NCBI GenBank assembly: GCA_023150845.1 | Contig: JAKLKD010000022.1 | Span: 1-44,936 of the forward strand | Direction of reading: 5' to 3' | DNA: 44,936 nucleotides | Source: Myxococcota bacterium | GTDB taxonomy: Bacteria; Myxococcota_A; UBA796; CAJQPC01 | In this document: positions 20,737 through 29,435 of the stretch, piece after piece | Layout: each line of letters begins with the position of its first letter | How positions within the stretch are numbered: position 1 is the first letter of the stretch | The notes under the pieces: model-generated | What the model was told of the DNA's origin: nothing | The model's input: only the letters and a program-made list of their open reading frames with translations | The model's database searches: none | Made by a program: the position numbers and the translations under genes

Positions 20737-21600
20737 GTGACGCTCACTTTGGCCCTGATCTCATCACTCTACGCCTTCGCAGAGGACACGCCGGTGGTCG
20801 AGGCCCCGGCGCCGGTGGAGGCCCTCTTCGAGACCGCGGCCCCGGCGAAGCCGACGGTCGTGTTCATCCACGGCCTCTACCTCAACGCGAGCTGCTGGGA
20901 CGGCTGGCGGGCCCAGTTTGAGGCCCAGGGCTACGACACCCTCGCGCCGGAGTGGCCAGGCCATGAGGGCTCCCCGGCGGAGCTCCGCGCCAACGTGCCC
21001 GAGGCCCTCAACACCCTGAGCTTTGAGGAGCTCGTCGCCCAGCACCGGGAGCTCGTCGCGGGCCTCGACGCGCCGATCCTCATCGGGCACAGCATGGGCG
21101 GGCTCATCGTGCAGCTCCTGCTGCAAGAGGGGCTCGGCCGGGCCGGGGTCGCCCTGCACTCGGCGCCGCCCAAGGGCCTCACGAGCCTCGCCCCGGCGTT
21201 CTTCCGCAGCAACGCCCCGGTGCTCAAGCCCGGCTCGGCCCCGATCCTCCTCACCCCGAAGCAGTTCCGCTTCGGCTTCGGGAACTACCTGGATCGTGAC
21301 GAGGCCCTGGCGCTCTACGAGATGAGCCTCGTGCCCGAGGCCAAAGGGGTCGCCAAGGGGCCGCTGACCGACGCGGCGGCGGTGGACTGGGCGAAGGAGC
21401 GCGCGCCGCTGCTCATCGTCGCGGGCGGCGAGGACCACGTCATCCCCGCGGGCCTCAACGAGCGTATGGCGCGCCATTATGAGGCGTCCCCCTCCCGCAC
21501 CGACCTCGTCGTGATGCCGACGCGCACCCACGGCACCCTCACCCAGCCCGGCTGGGAGCAGGTCGCCGCGGACGTGCTGAGCTGGCTCGCCGGGCTCTGA
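20737..21600 (+). CDS. Secreted α/β-hydrolase (GHSMG nucleophile elbow) with an N-terminal signal peptide
   Basis: The signal peptide is MTLTLALISSLYAFA. The fold motifs are VVFIHGLYLN, ILIGHSMGGLIV, and an acid/His region (GGEDHVIP…THGTL). A GAGGTGG lies upstream of GTG 20737. Confidence 0.8.
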   Translation: MTLTLALISSLYAFAEDTPVVEAPAPVEALFETAAPAKPTVVFIHGLYLNASCWDGWRAQFEAQGYDTLAPEWPGHEGSPAELRANVPEALNTLSFEELVAQHRELVAGLDAPILIGHSMGGLIVQLLLQEGLGRAGVALHSAPPKGLTSLAPAFFRSNAPVLKPGSAPILLTPKQFRFGFGNYLDRDEALALYEMSLVPEAKGVAKGPLTDAAAVDWAKERAPLLIVAGGEDHVIPAGLNERMARHYEASPSRTDLVVMPTRTHGTLTQPGWEQVAADVLSWLAGL

Positions 21601-21960
21601 GCGCTCCACGGCGCTCCACCGGGGCGGTCGTCACTCCACGGCGCTCCACCGGAGCACCCGCGGGCCGCCGTCACTCCACGGCGCTCCACCACGCCCCCTG
21701 GATCCACCCCCTCGGGGCGGCGCGGGCCCGGCCCTGACGCGGCGGTGGATCACCTCGGTGGATCACGATCCACCGCGCGCCGCGGCGTTGGATCCAGGCC
21801 ACAAGGGGCCAAGGATCGTCAAGAAATCAAGCTGGAAACCACATTAAGGGCATCCCCTGTCCGGGCGGTGCGTGCGGGGGATCCACCAGAGATCCGGCTC
21901 TTGGGGCGTTTTGCCCCTTTCGCCTTGAACGTGGATCAAAATGGAGTAGAGTGGAGAGGT
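21599..21960. repeat. Dense array of GTGGA(G/T) / GGTGGATC repeats upstream of mraZ; putative MraZ operator boxes
   Basis: There are three direct copies of (g/t)c(g/a)CTCCACggcgCTCCACC at 21601–20, 21631–50 and 21671–90. On the minus strand these read GTGGAGcgccGTGGAG, a 10-bp period. On the plus strand TGGATCCACC occurs at 21699 and GGTGGATCAC occurs twice (21744, 21757). The second copy is embedded in a perfect palindrome GGTGGATCacGATCCACC (21757–74). TGGATCCAGG is at 21789, GGATCCACC at about 21887, and GTGGATCA plus GTGGAG sit within the putative promoter at 21931–56. Confidence 0.6.
21925..21952 (+). promoter_or_regulatory. Putative σ70-type promoter for the mraZ/dcw operon (TTGAAC-N16-TAGAGT)
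   Basis: The −35 element TTGAAC is at 21925–30 and the −10 element TAGAGT at 21947–52, about 58 nt upstream of the mraZ ATG. GTGGAT/GTGGAG boxes lie in the spacer and at −10, consistent with autorepression. Confidence 0.4.
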
Positions 21961-22009
21961 AGGGTACAGAAGGGTGCGCGGTGGTGCACTCGAAGGCCCG
22001 GATGGGTGA

Positions 22010-22462
22010 ATGCTCGGAGAACGCTGCCAGGTCTCGACGTCTTTGGACGACAAGGGTCGCATCGCTCTCCCTGCGCGGCTGAGGCACAAGATCAATGACG
22101 CTGGGATCGAATCATTGGTGCTCACGTGTGTGGACGGAGGAATCCGGGCGTTCACCCCGGATTATTTCGCCCAGCGCGTCGAGGGTCCGTTCCAGGACCG
22201 AGACCCATTCGATCCCGTCGCCCAAGCATACTTCCACGCGGTGCTCGCTGACGCCGAAGACTGCGCCGTCGATCCGCAAGGCCGCCTGCGCATCCCCAAC
22301 CGGCTCCGCCAAGACGCTGGCCTCGACCGCGAGTGTGTGCTCATCTCCGTCATGCAGTGGATTGAGCTCTGGGATCCGGCGCGCTGGGAGGCCACTCGCC
22401 AGCAGGCCATTCACGAGTACGCCCGGGCTCGGCAGCAGGCGCTCCCCGCCGCGAAGGGGTGA
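22010..22462 (+). CDS. mraZ: Transcriptional regulator MraZ
   Basis: The protein has two DxxxR-like MraZ half-domains, STSLDDKGRIALPARLR and AVDPQGRLRIPNRLR, and sits first in the dcw cluster. Confidence 0.85.
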   Translation: MLGERCQVSTSLDDKGRIALPARLRHKINDAGIESLVLTCVDGGIRAFTPDYFAQRVEGPFQDRDPFDPVAQAYFHAVLADAEDCAVDPQGRLRIPNRLRQDAGLDRECVLISVMQWIELWDPARWEATRQQAIHEYARARQQALPAAKG

Positions 22463-22466
22463 GCGC

Positions 22467-23375
22467 ATGACGAGCTTCCAGCATGAGACGGTCCTGGGGC
22501 CTGAGGTCTGCGCGCTGCTCGCCCCCCGCGACGGCGGCGTCTACCTCGACTGCACCTTGGGCGGCGGCGGCCACGCCGAGCGGCTCCTCGACGCCTCGGG
22601 CCCCACGGGCCGGGTGATCGGCCTCGACCGCGACCCGGCGGCCCTCTCCGCCGCCTCCGCGCGCCTCGGCCACTTCGGCGAGCGCTTCACCGCCGTGCGT
22701 TCGACCTTCGGCGACCTCCGCGCGGCCTTGGATGAGGTCGGCGTCACCACCGTAGACGGCCTCGTCGCCGACCTCGGCGTGTCGAGCCCCCAGCTTGACC
22801 AGGCCGCCCGCGGCTTCTCGTTCATGCGGGACGGCCCCCTGGACATGCGTATGGACCCCGACGCCCCCACCTCCGCGGCGGACCTCGTCAACGGCCTGCC
22901 GGAGGCCGAGCTCGCGGACCTGCTCTACGGCCTCGGTGAGGAGCGCCAGTCGCGGCGGATCGCCCGGGCCATCGTGGCCGCGCGGCCCATCACCGGCACG
23001 GCGCAGCTCGCCCAGGTCATCGCCGGGGCGATGGGCGGCCCCCGGGAGCGTATTCACCCCGCCACCCGCTCGTTTCAGGCCCTTCGCCTCGCCGTCAACG
23101 ACGAGCTGGGCGAGCTGGACCGGCTCTTGGCGGCCCTGCCGGGCTGCCTGAGCGTGGGCGGTCGGGCGGCGGTCATCTCGTTTCATTCTTTGGAAGACCG
23201 TCGGGTCAAGCAGCGCTTTCGGGCGCTCGCGGGCTTGGACGCCGAGAAGGACGCCTACGGGCGGTCCCTCGGCGTGGCGACGGTGAGGCTCGTCACGAAG
23301 AAGGCCGTCGAGGACTCGGGGTCAGGGAACCCCCGGGCGCGCTCGGCGAAGCTCCGGGTGATCGAGCGGGTGTAG
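22467..23375 (+). CDS. rsmH: 16S rRNA (cytosine1402-N4)-methyltransferase RsmH (MraW)
   Basis: HETVLGPEV…GGVYLDCTLGGGGHAERLL, DGLVADLGVSSPQLD, RGFSFMRDGPLDMRMD and ISFHSLEDRRVKQ are all RsmH blocks. The ATG at 22467 follows the mraZ stop. The listed ORF from 22095 is an out-of-context extension. Confidence 0.9.
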   Translation: MTSFQHETVLGPEVCALLAPRDGGVYLDCTLGGGGHAERLLDASGPTGRVIGLDRDPAALSAASARLGHFGERFTAVRSTFGDLRAALDEVGVTTVDGLVADLGVSSPQLDQAARGFSFMRDGPLDMRMDPDAPTSAADLVNGLPEAELADLLYGLGEERQSRRIARAIVAARPITGTAQLAQVIAGAMGGPRERIHPATRSFQALRLAVNDELGELDRLLAALPGCLSVGGRAAVISFHSLEDRRVKQRFRALAGLDAEKDAYGRSLGVATVRLVTKKAVEDSGSGNPRARSAKLRVIERV

Positions 23376-23433
23376 CGGCAGCGGCGGTGGTGCTGGACGT
23401 CGGCGGTGGCAGAGGTGGCGTAGGAGGTCGGTC

Positions 23434-23790
23434 ATGGAATGGGGTCGCGAGCTAGGAGGCGCTTGGGTCGGTCGCTCTGCGGCGGGTCTGCTCGCGGGCG
23501 CGTCTCGTGCGGGCGTGCGGGTCGGTGTGGTGCTCCGGTACTTCACCTTCGCGATGCTGCTCGTCGCCTCGTTGATGTTCTACGTCTGGTCTCGGGTGGA
23601 CGTGCGCGCCAGCGCCGCCGAGCTCGACCGGGTGAACACCGCCCTCGCCACGCGCCAGGCCGAACAGGAGCGCCTCCGCCTTGAGCTGGCCACGCGCCAG
23701 GACCTCGCCCGGCTGGGCCAGGTCGGCGCCGCCATGGGCCTCGTCTCCGACGTTCAAGTCCGCACCGTCACGGTCGGGGAGGGCCTGTGA
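23434..23790 (+). CDS. ftsL: Cell-division protein FtsL-like (single TM plus coiled coil)
   Basis: It has a TM helix (FTFAMLLVASLMFYVW) then a leucine-zipper-like helix (LDRVNTALATRQAEQERLRLELATRQDL). It sits between rsmH and ftsI. An AGGAGG lies 7 nt upstream. There is no strong family signature. Confidence 0.6.
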   Translation: MEWGRELGGAWVGRSAAGLLAGASRAGVRVGVVLRYFTFAMLLVASLMFYVWSRVDVRASAAELDRVNTALATRQAEQERLRLELATRQDLARLGQVGAAMGLVSDVQVRTVTVGEGL

Positions 23791-25880
23791 ACAAGCCCGT
23801 CGCCGACGATCTGAACGCCTGGCTCAGCGCGATGCTCGCGCCGGATCCCGGGCCCGTGGATCGGGCGACGCTCATGGCCCGGGCGCGCTTCCGCGCCTCG
23901 CTCATCATGGTCGGCGTCATCTTGGGCTACGTCGTGCTCGCCCTGCGCGCCGTGCCCCTGATGCTGATGCCCGATGACCGGCTCCAGGCCAAGGCCGCGA
24001 CGCAGTTCCAGGCCGCGGTGGAGGTTGAGGCGCCTCGGGGGGACATCATCGGCCGAGACGGCACGGTGCTCGCCACCTCCGTCGAGATGCCCGCGCTGCG
24101 CGCGGACCCCTCCAAGCTCACCGATGAGCAGGTCGGCCCCTTGGCCCGGGAGCTCGCGGGGCTCCTGCACCTCGACGCCGCGGACCTCGCCGAGAAGCTC
24201 GGCCGCCGGGAGCGCCGCGACATCCTCCTCGCCAACCAGATCTCCCCCGACGCCGTCGAGACCGTCGAGAAGCTCGCCCCGGGCGCCTTGTGGGTGGACT
24301 ACCAGTCCACGCGTTTTTACCCGGGCCGCACCCTGGCCTCGTCGCTCCTGGGCATGGTCGGCCAGAACAACCAGGGCCTTGAGGGCTTGGAGCGCAGCCT
24401 CGACAAGCAGCTCCGGGGCAGCACCTACCGCTTCGTGCAGCAGCGTGACCGCCGCGGGCGCAACATCTCCACGGCCGGGGACGCCCGGGCCCGGGCCCAC
24501 GCCGGGGACTCGGTCACCCTCACCGTCGAGCCCTTCATCCAGCGCGCCGCTGAAGACGCCCTGGACCAGATGATGATCACGTCGGCGCCCGCGGCGGCCA
24601 TCGCCGTCGTCATGGACGTGAAGACCGGCGAGATCCTCGCCATCGCCAACCGCCCCAACGCGAACCCCAACGACGTCTCGACCATCGACGTCTCGGCGAT
24701 GCGTAACCGCGCCGTGGCCGACGCCCACGAGCCCGGCTCGGTGCTCAAGCCCTTCGTCGTCGGCCTCGCCGTCGATAAGGGCATCACCAAGGCCGAGGAC
24801 CTCATCGACTGCGAGGGCGGGAGCTGGCGCGTCGGCAGCAGCATCATCAACGACGACCACCCCCACGGCGTCGTGACGCTCTCCGAGGTGGTGAAGTACA
24901 GCTCCAACATCGGCACCGCGAAGCTCGCCTTCGCGCTCGGCGCTGAAGAGATGATGGAGGGGCTCAAGCGCTTCGGCTTCACCCAGCCGACGGGCCTCAA
25001 CCTCCCCAGCGAGGTCTACGGCTTCTTGCGGAACCCCAAGGGCATCCGCCCTATCGAGCTGGCGACGACGGCGTTCGGCCAGGGCATGACCGCGACCGCG
25101 GTGCAGCTCGCCGCGGCCTTGGCGGCGGTTGGCAACGACGGCGTGCGGATGAAGCCCTACCTCGTCTCCGAGGTGCGGGACCGCCTGGGCTACGTCCGCC
25201 TGCGCAACCGCCCGGTGCGGGTGGAGCGGGTCATCTCCGAGGAGTCCGCCGACAGCCTCGTGAAGATGATGATCACCGTCTTGGAGACCGGCGGCACGGG
25301 CACGAAGGCGCGCCCCGAGGGCTTCTCCGCCGCAGGCAAGACCGGCACGGCCCAGAAGGTCGTGGACGGCCACTACTCGGCCACGGCGCGGGTGTCGTCC
25401 TTCATCGGACTCGCCCCGGCGAACGACCCCCGCCTCGCCATCGTGGTCATGGGCGACACGCCCACCATCGGCAGCAAGTACGGCGGCATCGTCTCCGGCC
25501 CGGGCTTCTCGCTCATCGCCACCCGGGCCCTGCGTTACCTCGGCGTGCCCGAGGACGTGCCCATCGAGCCCAAGCCTAAGGTCGCCCCGCCGCCCCCGGC
25601 GCTCGGCCCCGACGGCTTGCCCCTGCCGGTGATCCCCCCGCCCATGGCGATGCCCGCCCCCGTGAAGGTGGCGCCGGGCCCCGCCCAGCTCACCTGGCTC
25701 GCCGACGGCCGCATGACCGTTCCCGACCTCACCGGCCGCTCGATGCGTGACGTGCTCGTCGCCGTCGATGGCGCCGGGGTTGAGGTCCGCCTCGTCGGCT
25801 CAGGCCGCGTCGTCTCTCAAAACCCCGCGCCGGGCTATGCCTTGGCGGCGGGGGACCGGCTGGAGGTCGTGCTGCAATGA
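23787..25880 (+). CDS. ftsI: Peptidoglycan D,D-transpeptidase FtsI (PBP3) with a Pro-rich linker and a C-terminal PASTA-like domain
   Basis: The transpeptidase motifs SVLKPF (SxxK), YSSN (SxN) and KTGTAQ (KTG) are present, as is the PBP dimerisation domain. The C-terminus reads PKPKVAPPPPALGPDGLPLPVIPPPMAMPAPV then TVPDLTGRSMRDVLVAV…VRLVGSGRVVSQNPAPG (PASTA-like). Confidence 0.9.
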   Translation: MNKPVADDLNAWLSAMLAPDPGPVDRATLMARARFRASLIMVGVILGYVVLALRAVPLMLMPDDRLQAKAATQFQAAVEVEAPRGDIIGRDGTVLATSVEMPALRADPSKLTDEQVGPLARELAGLLHLDAADLAEKLGRRERRDILLANQISPDAVETVEKLAPGALWVDYQSTRFYPGRTLASSLLGMVGQNNQGLEGLERSLDKQLRGSTYRFVQQRDRRGRNISTAGDARARAHAGDSVTLTVEPFIQRAAEDALDQMMITSAPAAAIAVVMDVKTGEILAIANRPNANPNDVSTIDVSAMRNRAVADAHEPGSVLKPFVVGLAVDKGITKAEDLIDCEGGSWRVGSSIINDDHPHGVVTLSEVVKYSSNIGTAKLAFALGAEEMMEGLKRFGFTQPTGLNLPSEVYGFLRNPKGIRPIELATTAFGQGMTATAVQLAAALAAVGNDGVRMKPYLVSEVRDRLGYVRLRNRPVRVERVISEESADSLVKMMITVLETGGTGTKARPEGFSAAGKTGTAQKVVDGHYSATARVSSFIGLAPANDPRLAIVVMGDTPTIGSKYGGIVSGPGFSLIATRALRYLGVPEDVPIEPKPKVAPPPPALGPDGLPLPVIPPPMAMPAPVKVAPGPAQLTWLADGRMTVPDLTGRSMRDVLVAVDGAGVEVRLVGSGRVVSQNPAPGYALAAGDRLEVVLQ

Positions 25881-26613
25881 CGGCACCCCTCCGCCAAACA
25901 AGCTCTCAGAGGTCCGAAGGCGTGCTCTTGCGCTTTGCGGATGATCTGCCGATGGTCGGGTCTACGCTGCCGCGTATGCTCGACAGAGCCCCGAGCGCAA
26001 TCCCCGCGCAGAGGGTGTGCCTTGATGACGCCAGCCCCGCTTTTGGCCCGTCAAGGACGCTGTCGCTGCTCTCGCTGCCCGCCGAAACCCTGCTGAAACC
26101 TGCTGATGCTGTCGCTGACGCTCCGCGAGGATGTCCTCGCGCGCGCGGCCACGTCGGCCCGACCGTCCTTCACGCTCCCGCCCCGCAGACAGGCTCCGCG
26201 CGTCGCAGGTCGGGGGTGCGGGTCCGGCTCACCAGTCTTCGCTGGTGCTCGCCTCGGGGGTCTAGCGCGCTGTTCTGGCGCGCCACCCTCCGCCGTGGGT
26301 TGTGCTGGTCCGTCGCCCCGCCCTGTCGCTCCCCGCTGAGAAAACTGCTGCTGCTGGTCTGGAACCCCGGCCTCTTCGCGCTGGGGCCTCGCGGGGTGGG
26401 AGCGTTTGAAGGGGGCGAGACACGATCGGACCTCCATTGGGCAGGTGTTGGTGGCGCCTCTCTGCACGCTGAGCCGTATCTCCAATCCGCGTGACTCCCT
26501 GGCAGTACGCAGAGGGGCGCCACTCACCGCCGCCCGAACTTCTCCGCCGCTTCTCTTGATCCGCTGACCTCCTCTCCTTCGTCGCGACCCCCCCTCCTCC
26601 CCGCTGAACGCTG

Positions 26614-28062
26614 ATGTTGCTCTCCGAGCTGCTGCGCGGGGTCGACGTGGCTCATGTTCATGGCCGCGTTGATCTTCCCATCGTCGCCGTCACCCAGGAC
26701 TCGCGCCGCGCGGGCCCCGGGGCGCTGTTCGTCGCTCTGGTCGGGCGCCGCGGGGACGGGCACGCCCATGTCCCGGGGCTCGGTGAGGCCGCCGCCGTCG
26801 TCGTCGAGCAAGAGGTCACCGCGCCGCCAGGCGTCACTGTTGTTCGGGTGAAGGACAGCCGGGAGGCCCTGGCCAAGCTCGCCGCGGCGTTTTTTGGTCA
26901 TCCGTCCAATGAACTCTCCGTCATCGGCGTGACCGGCACGAACGGCAAGACGACGACGACCCAGCTCATCGAGGCCATCGCCGCGGCCAACGGCGTGCGC
27001 GCGGCGGTCGTCGGCACCGTCGGCAACCGGATCGCCGGGGAGCTGCTGCCCGCGACCCACACCACGCCGGAGCCGACGGAGTGGCAGGGGCTCCTGCGCC
27101 GCGCTGCCGACGCCCGCTGCGCCTGGGCGGCCGCCGAGGTCAGCTCCATCGGCCTCGACGCTCGGCGTGTAGACGCCACCCGCTTCGCCGTCGGCGTTTA
27201 TACGAACCTCACCCAGGACCACCTCGACTACCACGGCGACATGGCGGCCTACGCCGCGGCGAAGGCCCGGCTGTTCTTGGAGCTCCTGCCGCCGGGGGCC
27301 ACGGCCTTGCTCAACGCCGAGGATCCGGCGGTCATGGCCCTGCCTGCCCTTCCCGAGGGGGTGCGCCGGGTGACCTTCGGGGTGGAGGTCGGCGACGTTC
27401 ACGCCGAGAACCTTCGCCTCACCGTGCACGGCAGCGAGGCGACGGTCGTCACGCCTTGGGGCGACTTTACGCTGCGTCTGCCCCTGCTCGGTCGGCACAA
27501 CGTCGCGAACGCCTTGGGCGCGGCGGCGGCGGCCCTGAGCTTAGGCCTGAGCCCGGAGCAGGTCGCCCGAGGGCTCGCCCAGGCCCCGCCGGTCCCCGGT
27601 CGCCTGGAGCCTGTGGCCAACAACCGCGGCGTCACGGCGCTCGTGGACTACGCCCACACTGAAGATGGCCTGCGCACCGTGCTCAGCGCCCTGCGCGGCC
27701 TCGGCGCCCAGCGCATCGTGCTCGTCTTCGGCTGCGGCGGCGACCGCGACCCCCAGAAGCGCCCGCGTATGGCCCAGGCCGCCACCGAGGGCGCGGATCT
27801 GGTCATCGCCACCAGCGACAACCCCCGCGGTGAAGATCCGCTGGCCATCCTGCACGCCATGGAGCCGGGCCTCCGCCACGACGCACTGTTGATGCCCGAC
27901 CGCGCTGAAGCCATCCGGCGCGCCGCCGCCTTGGCGCGCCCCGGCGACGTGCTGCTCGTGGCGGGCAAAGGCCACGAGACGACGCAGGAGATCGCCGGGG
28001 TCAAGCACCCCTTTGACGACCGCCTGGCCCTGCGGGCGGCCCTGAACGAGGTGGGCTCATGA
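26614..28062 (+). CDS. murE: UDP-N-acetylmuramoyl-L-alanyl-D-glutamate--2,6-diaminopimelate ligase MurE
   Basis: The motifs VIGVTGTNGKTTTTQLI and the DAP-specific DNPR (TSDNPRGEDP) are present, along with the Mur ligase middle and C-terminal domains. Confidence 0.9.
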   Translation: MLLSELLRGVDVAHVHGRVDLPIVAVTQDSRRAGPGALFVALVGRRGDGHAHVPGLGEAAAVVVEQEVTAPPGVTVVRVKDSREALAKLAAAFFGHPSNELSVIGVTGTNGKTTTTQLIEAIAAANGVRAAVVGTVGNRIAGELLPATHTTPEPTEWQGLLRRAADARCAWAAAEVSSIGLDARRVDATRFAVGVYTNLTQDHLDYHGDMAAYAAAKARLFLELLPPGATALLNAEDPAVMALPALPEGVRRVTFGVEVGDVHAENLRLTVHGSEATVVTPWGDFTLRLPLLGRHNVANALGAAAAALSLGLSPEQVARGLAQAPPVPGRLEPVANNRGVTALVDYAHTEDGLRTVLSALRGLGAQRIVLVFGCGGDRDPQKRPRMAQAATEGADLVIATSDNPRGEDPLAILHAMEPGLRHDALLMPDRAEAIRRAAALARPGDVLLVAGKGHETTQEIAGVKHPFDDRLALRAALNEVGS

Positions 28063-29435
28063 TCCTCACCCCCCAAGAGATCTCCCGCGCCACGGGCGGG
28101 ATCCTCGTCCACGACGGCCCCGCCGGGCCGATCCGCACGGACAGCCGGGCGCTCACGCCGGGGGACTGGTTTCTGGCCCTGCGCGGGGACCGCTTCGACG
28201 CCCACGACTTCTTGCCCAAGGCCCGGGAGCTGGGCTGCGCCGGGATCATCGCCGAGCGCGCCCCGGAGGGCTGGGACCGGGGCTTCGTGAAGACGCCGCG
28301 CACGCTCGAGGCCCTGCAGAACTGCGCGCGCTGGGCGCGGTGGAAGCTCGGCTGCCCCGTGGTGGGCGTCACCGGCAGCGCCGGGAAGACGACGACCCGG
28401 GCGCTCATCGCCGAGCTGCTCGCGCCTTTGGGCCGGGTGCACCAGAACGAGGGCAACCTCAACAACCACATCGGCGTGCCGCTCACGCTCTTGGCCTGCC
28501 CGGACGACCCCGACGCCGTCGTCCTGGAGATGGGCATGAGCGACTACGGCGAGATCCGCCTGCTCCGCGACATCGGCGAGCCCAACGTGCGGCTCATCAC
28601 GAGCGTCGGCGCGGCGCACACCGAGACCGTCGGCTCGGTGCAGGGCGTGGCCCGCTGCAAACAGGAGATGTTTGACGGCGCGAGGGCAGGGGAGTGGGTC
28701 ATCGTCAATGTAGACGACGACTACATCCGCGAGATGCCTTTGCCCAAGGGCGCGAGCGTGCTGCGCTTTGGCATGAGCGAGCGCGCCGACGTCCGCCTCT
28801 TACGCGCCGAGCTTGACCCCGAGCGCCTCACGACGGAGCTGGTCCTGCGCCTGCCCGACGGCGAGGTGCTCACGGCGGAGCTGCCCGCGCCGGGCGTGCA
28901 CCTCGCGCGGAACGCCGCTGGGGCCGTCGCCGTGGCCTGGGCCCTGGGCGTGCCGAGCCGGTCCTACGCCGAGAGCATCGCCCGCTACGCCCCCGTCGGC
29001 ATGCGGATGCGCGTGGAGCGCCGCCAAGGCGGCATCACCGTGCTCAACGACGCCTACAACGCGAACCCGCTCTCGATGCGGGCCTCCTTGGACAGCCTCG
29101 CCGCCGTGCGTGGGCGCCGCCGGGTGGCCCTCTTGGGCGACATGCTGGAGCTCGGAGAGGTCGAGGACGGCGCCCACCGTGAGCTGGCGGCCTACGCGGC
29201 GTCCTTGGGCGTCGAGGTGCTCGGCCTCGCCGGGAGACGCTTCTCGGCGGTGGCGGACGCCGCCCAGGGGGCGCGCTCGCTCATCGTCACCCCGGACGCC
29301 GACACCTTGGCCGAGCGGGTTCGCGCGGCGCTGCGCCCTGACGACGTGGTGCTCATCAAGGGCTCCCGCGGCTCGAAGATGGAGCGTTCTCTTCTGTGGC
29401 TCCCCTTGGAGGCTCCGCCGGAGCCGGAGGGCTGA
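28059..29435 (+). CDS. murF: UDP-N-acetylmuramoyl-tripeptide--D-alanyl-D-alanine ligase MurF
   Basis: GVTGSAGKTTTRAL is present and the Mur ligase domains follow. The start overlaps the murE stop (ATGA). Confidence 0.9.
   Translation: MILTPQEISRATGGILVHDGPAGPIRTDSRALTPGDWFLALRGDRFDAHDFLPKARELGCAGIIAERAPEGWDRGFVKTPRTLEALQNCARWARWKLGCPVVGVTGSAGKTTTRALIAELLAPLGRVHQNEGNLNNHIGVPLTLLACPDDPDAVVLEMGMSDYGEIRLLRDIGEPNVRLITSVGAAHTETVGSVQGVARCKQEMFDGARAGEWVIVNVDDDYIREMPLPKGASVLRFGMSERADVRLLRAELDPERLTTELVLRLPDGEVLTAELPAPGVHLARNAAGAVAVAWALGVPSRSYAESIARYAPVGMRMRVERRQGGITVLNDAYNANPLSMRASLDSLAAVRGRRRVALLGDMLELGEVEDGAHRELAAYAASLGVEVLGLAGRRFSAVADAAQGARSLIVTPDADTLAERVRAALRPDDVVLIKGSRGSKMERSLLWLPLEAPPEPEG

Noticed and set aside
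21601-21690. Three 20-bp direct repeats separated by 10- and 20-bp spacers; considered as a mini-CRISPR array
   Set aside because: There are only three short repeats with unequal, very short spacers. They are composed of a reiterated CTCCAC unit, lie in the mraZ promoter region, and there are no cas genes. They are interpreted as transcription-factor (MraZ-like) boxes.
23754-25373. 539-aa minus-strand ORF
   Set aside because: It is antisense to ftsI.
25877-26494. 205-aa ORF in the ftsI–murE gap
   Set aside because: It has an L/R/S/P-rich low-complexity translation and mediocre GC3, and I recognise no family. It is treated as non-coding but flagged as a finding for follow-up.
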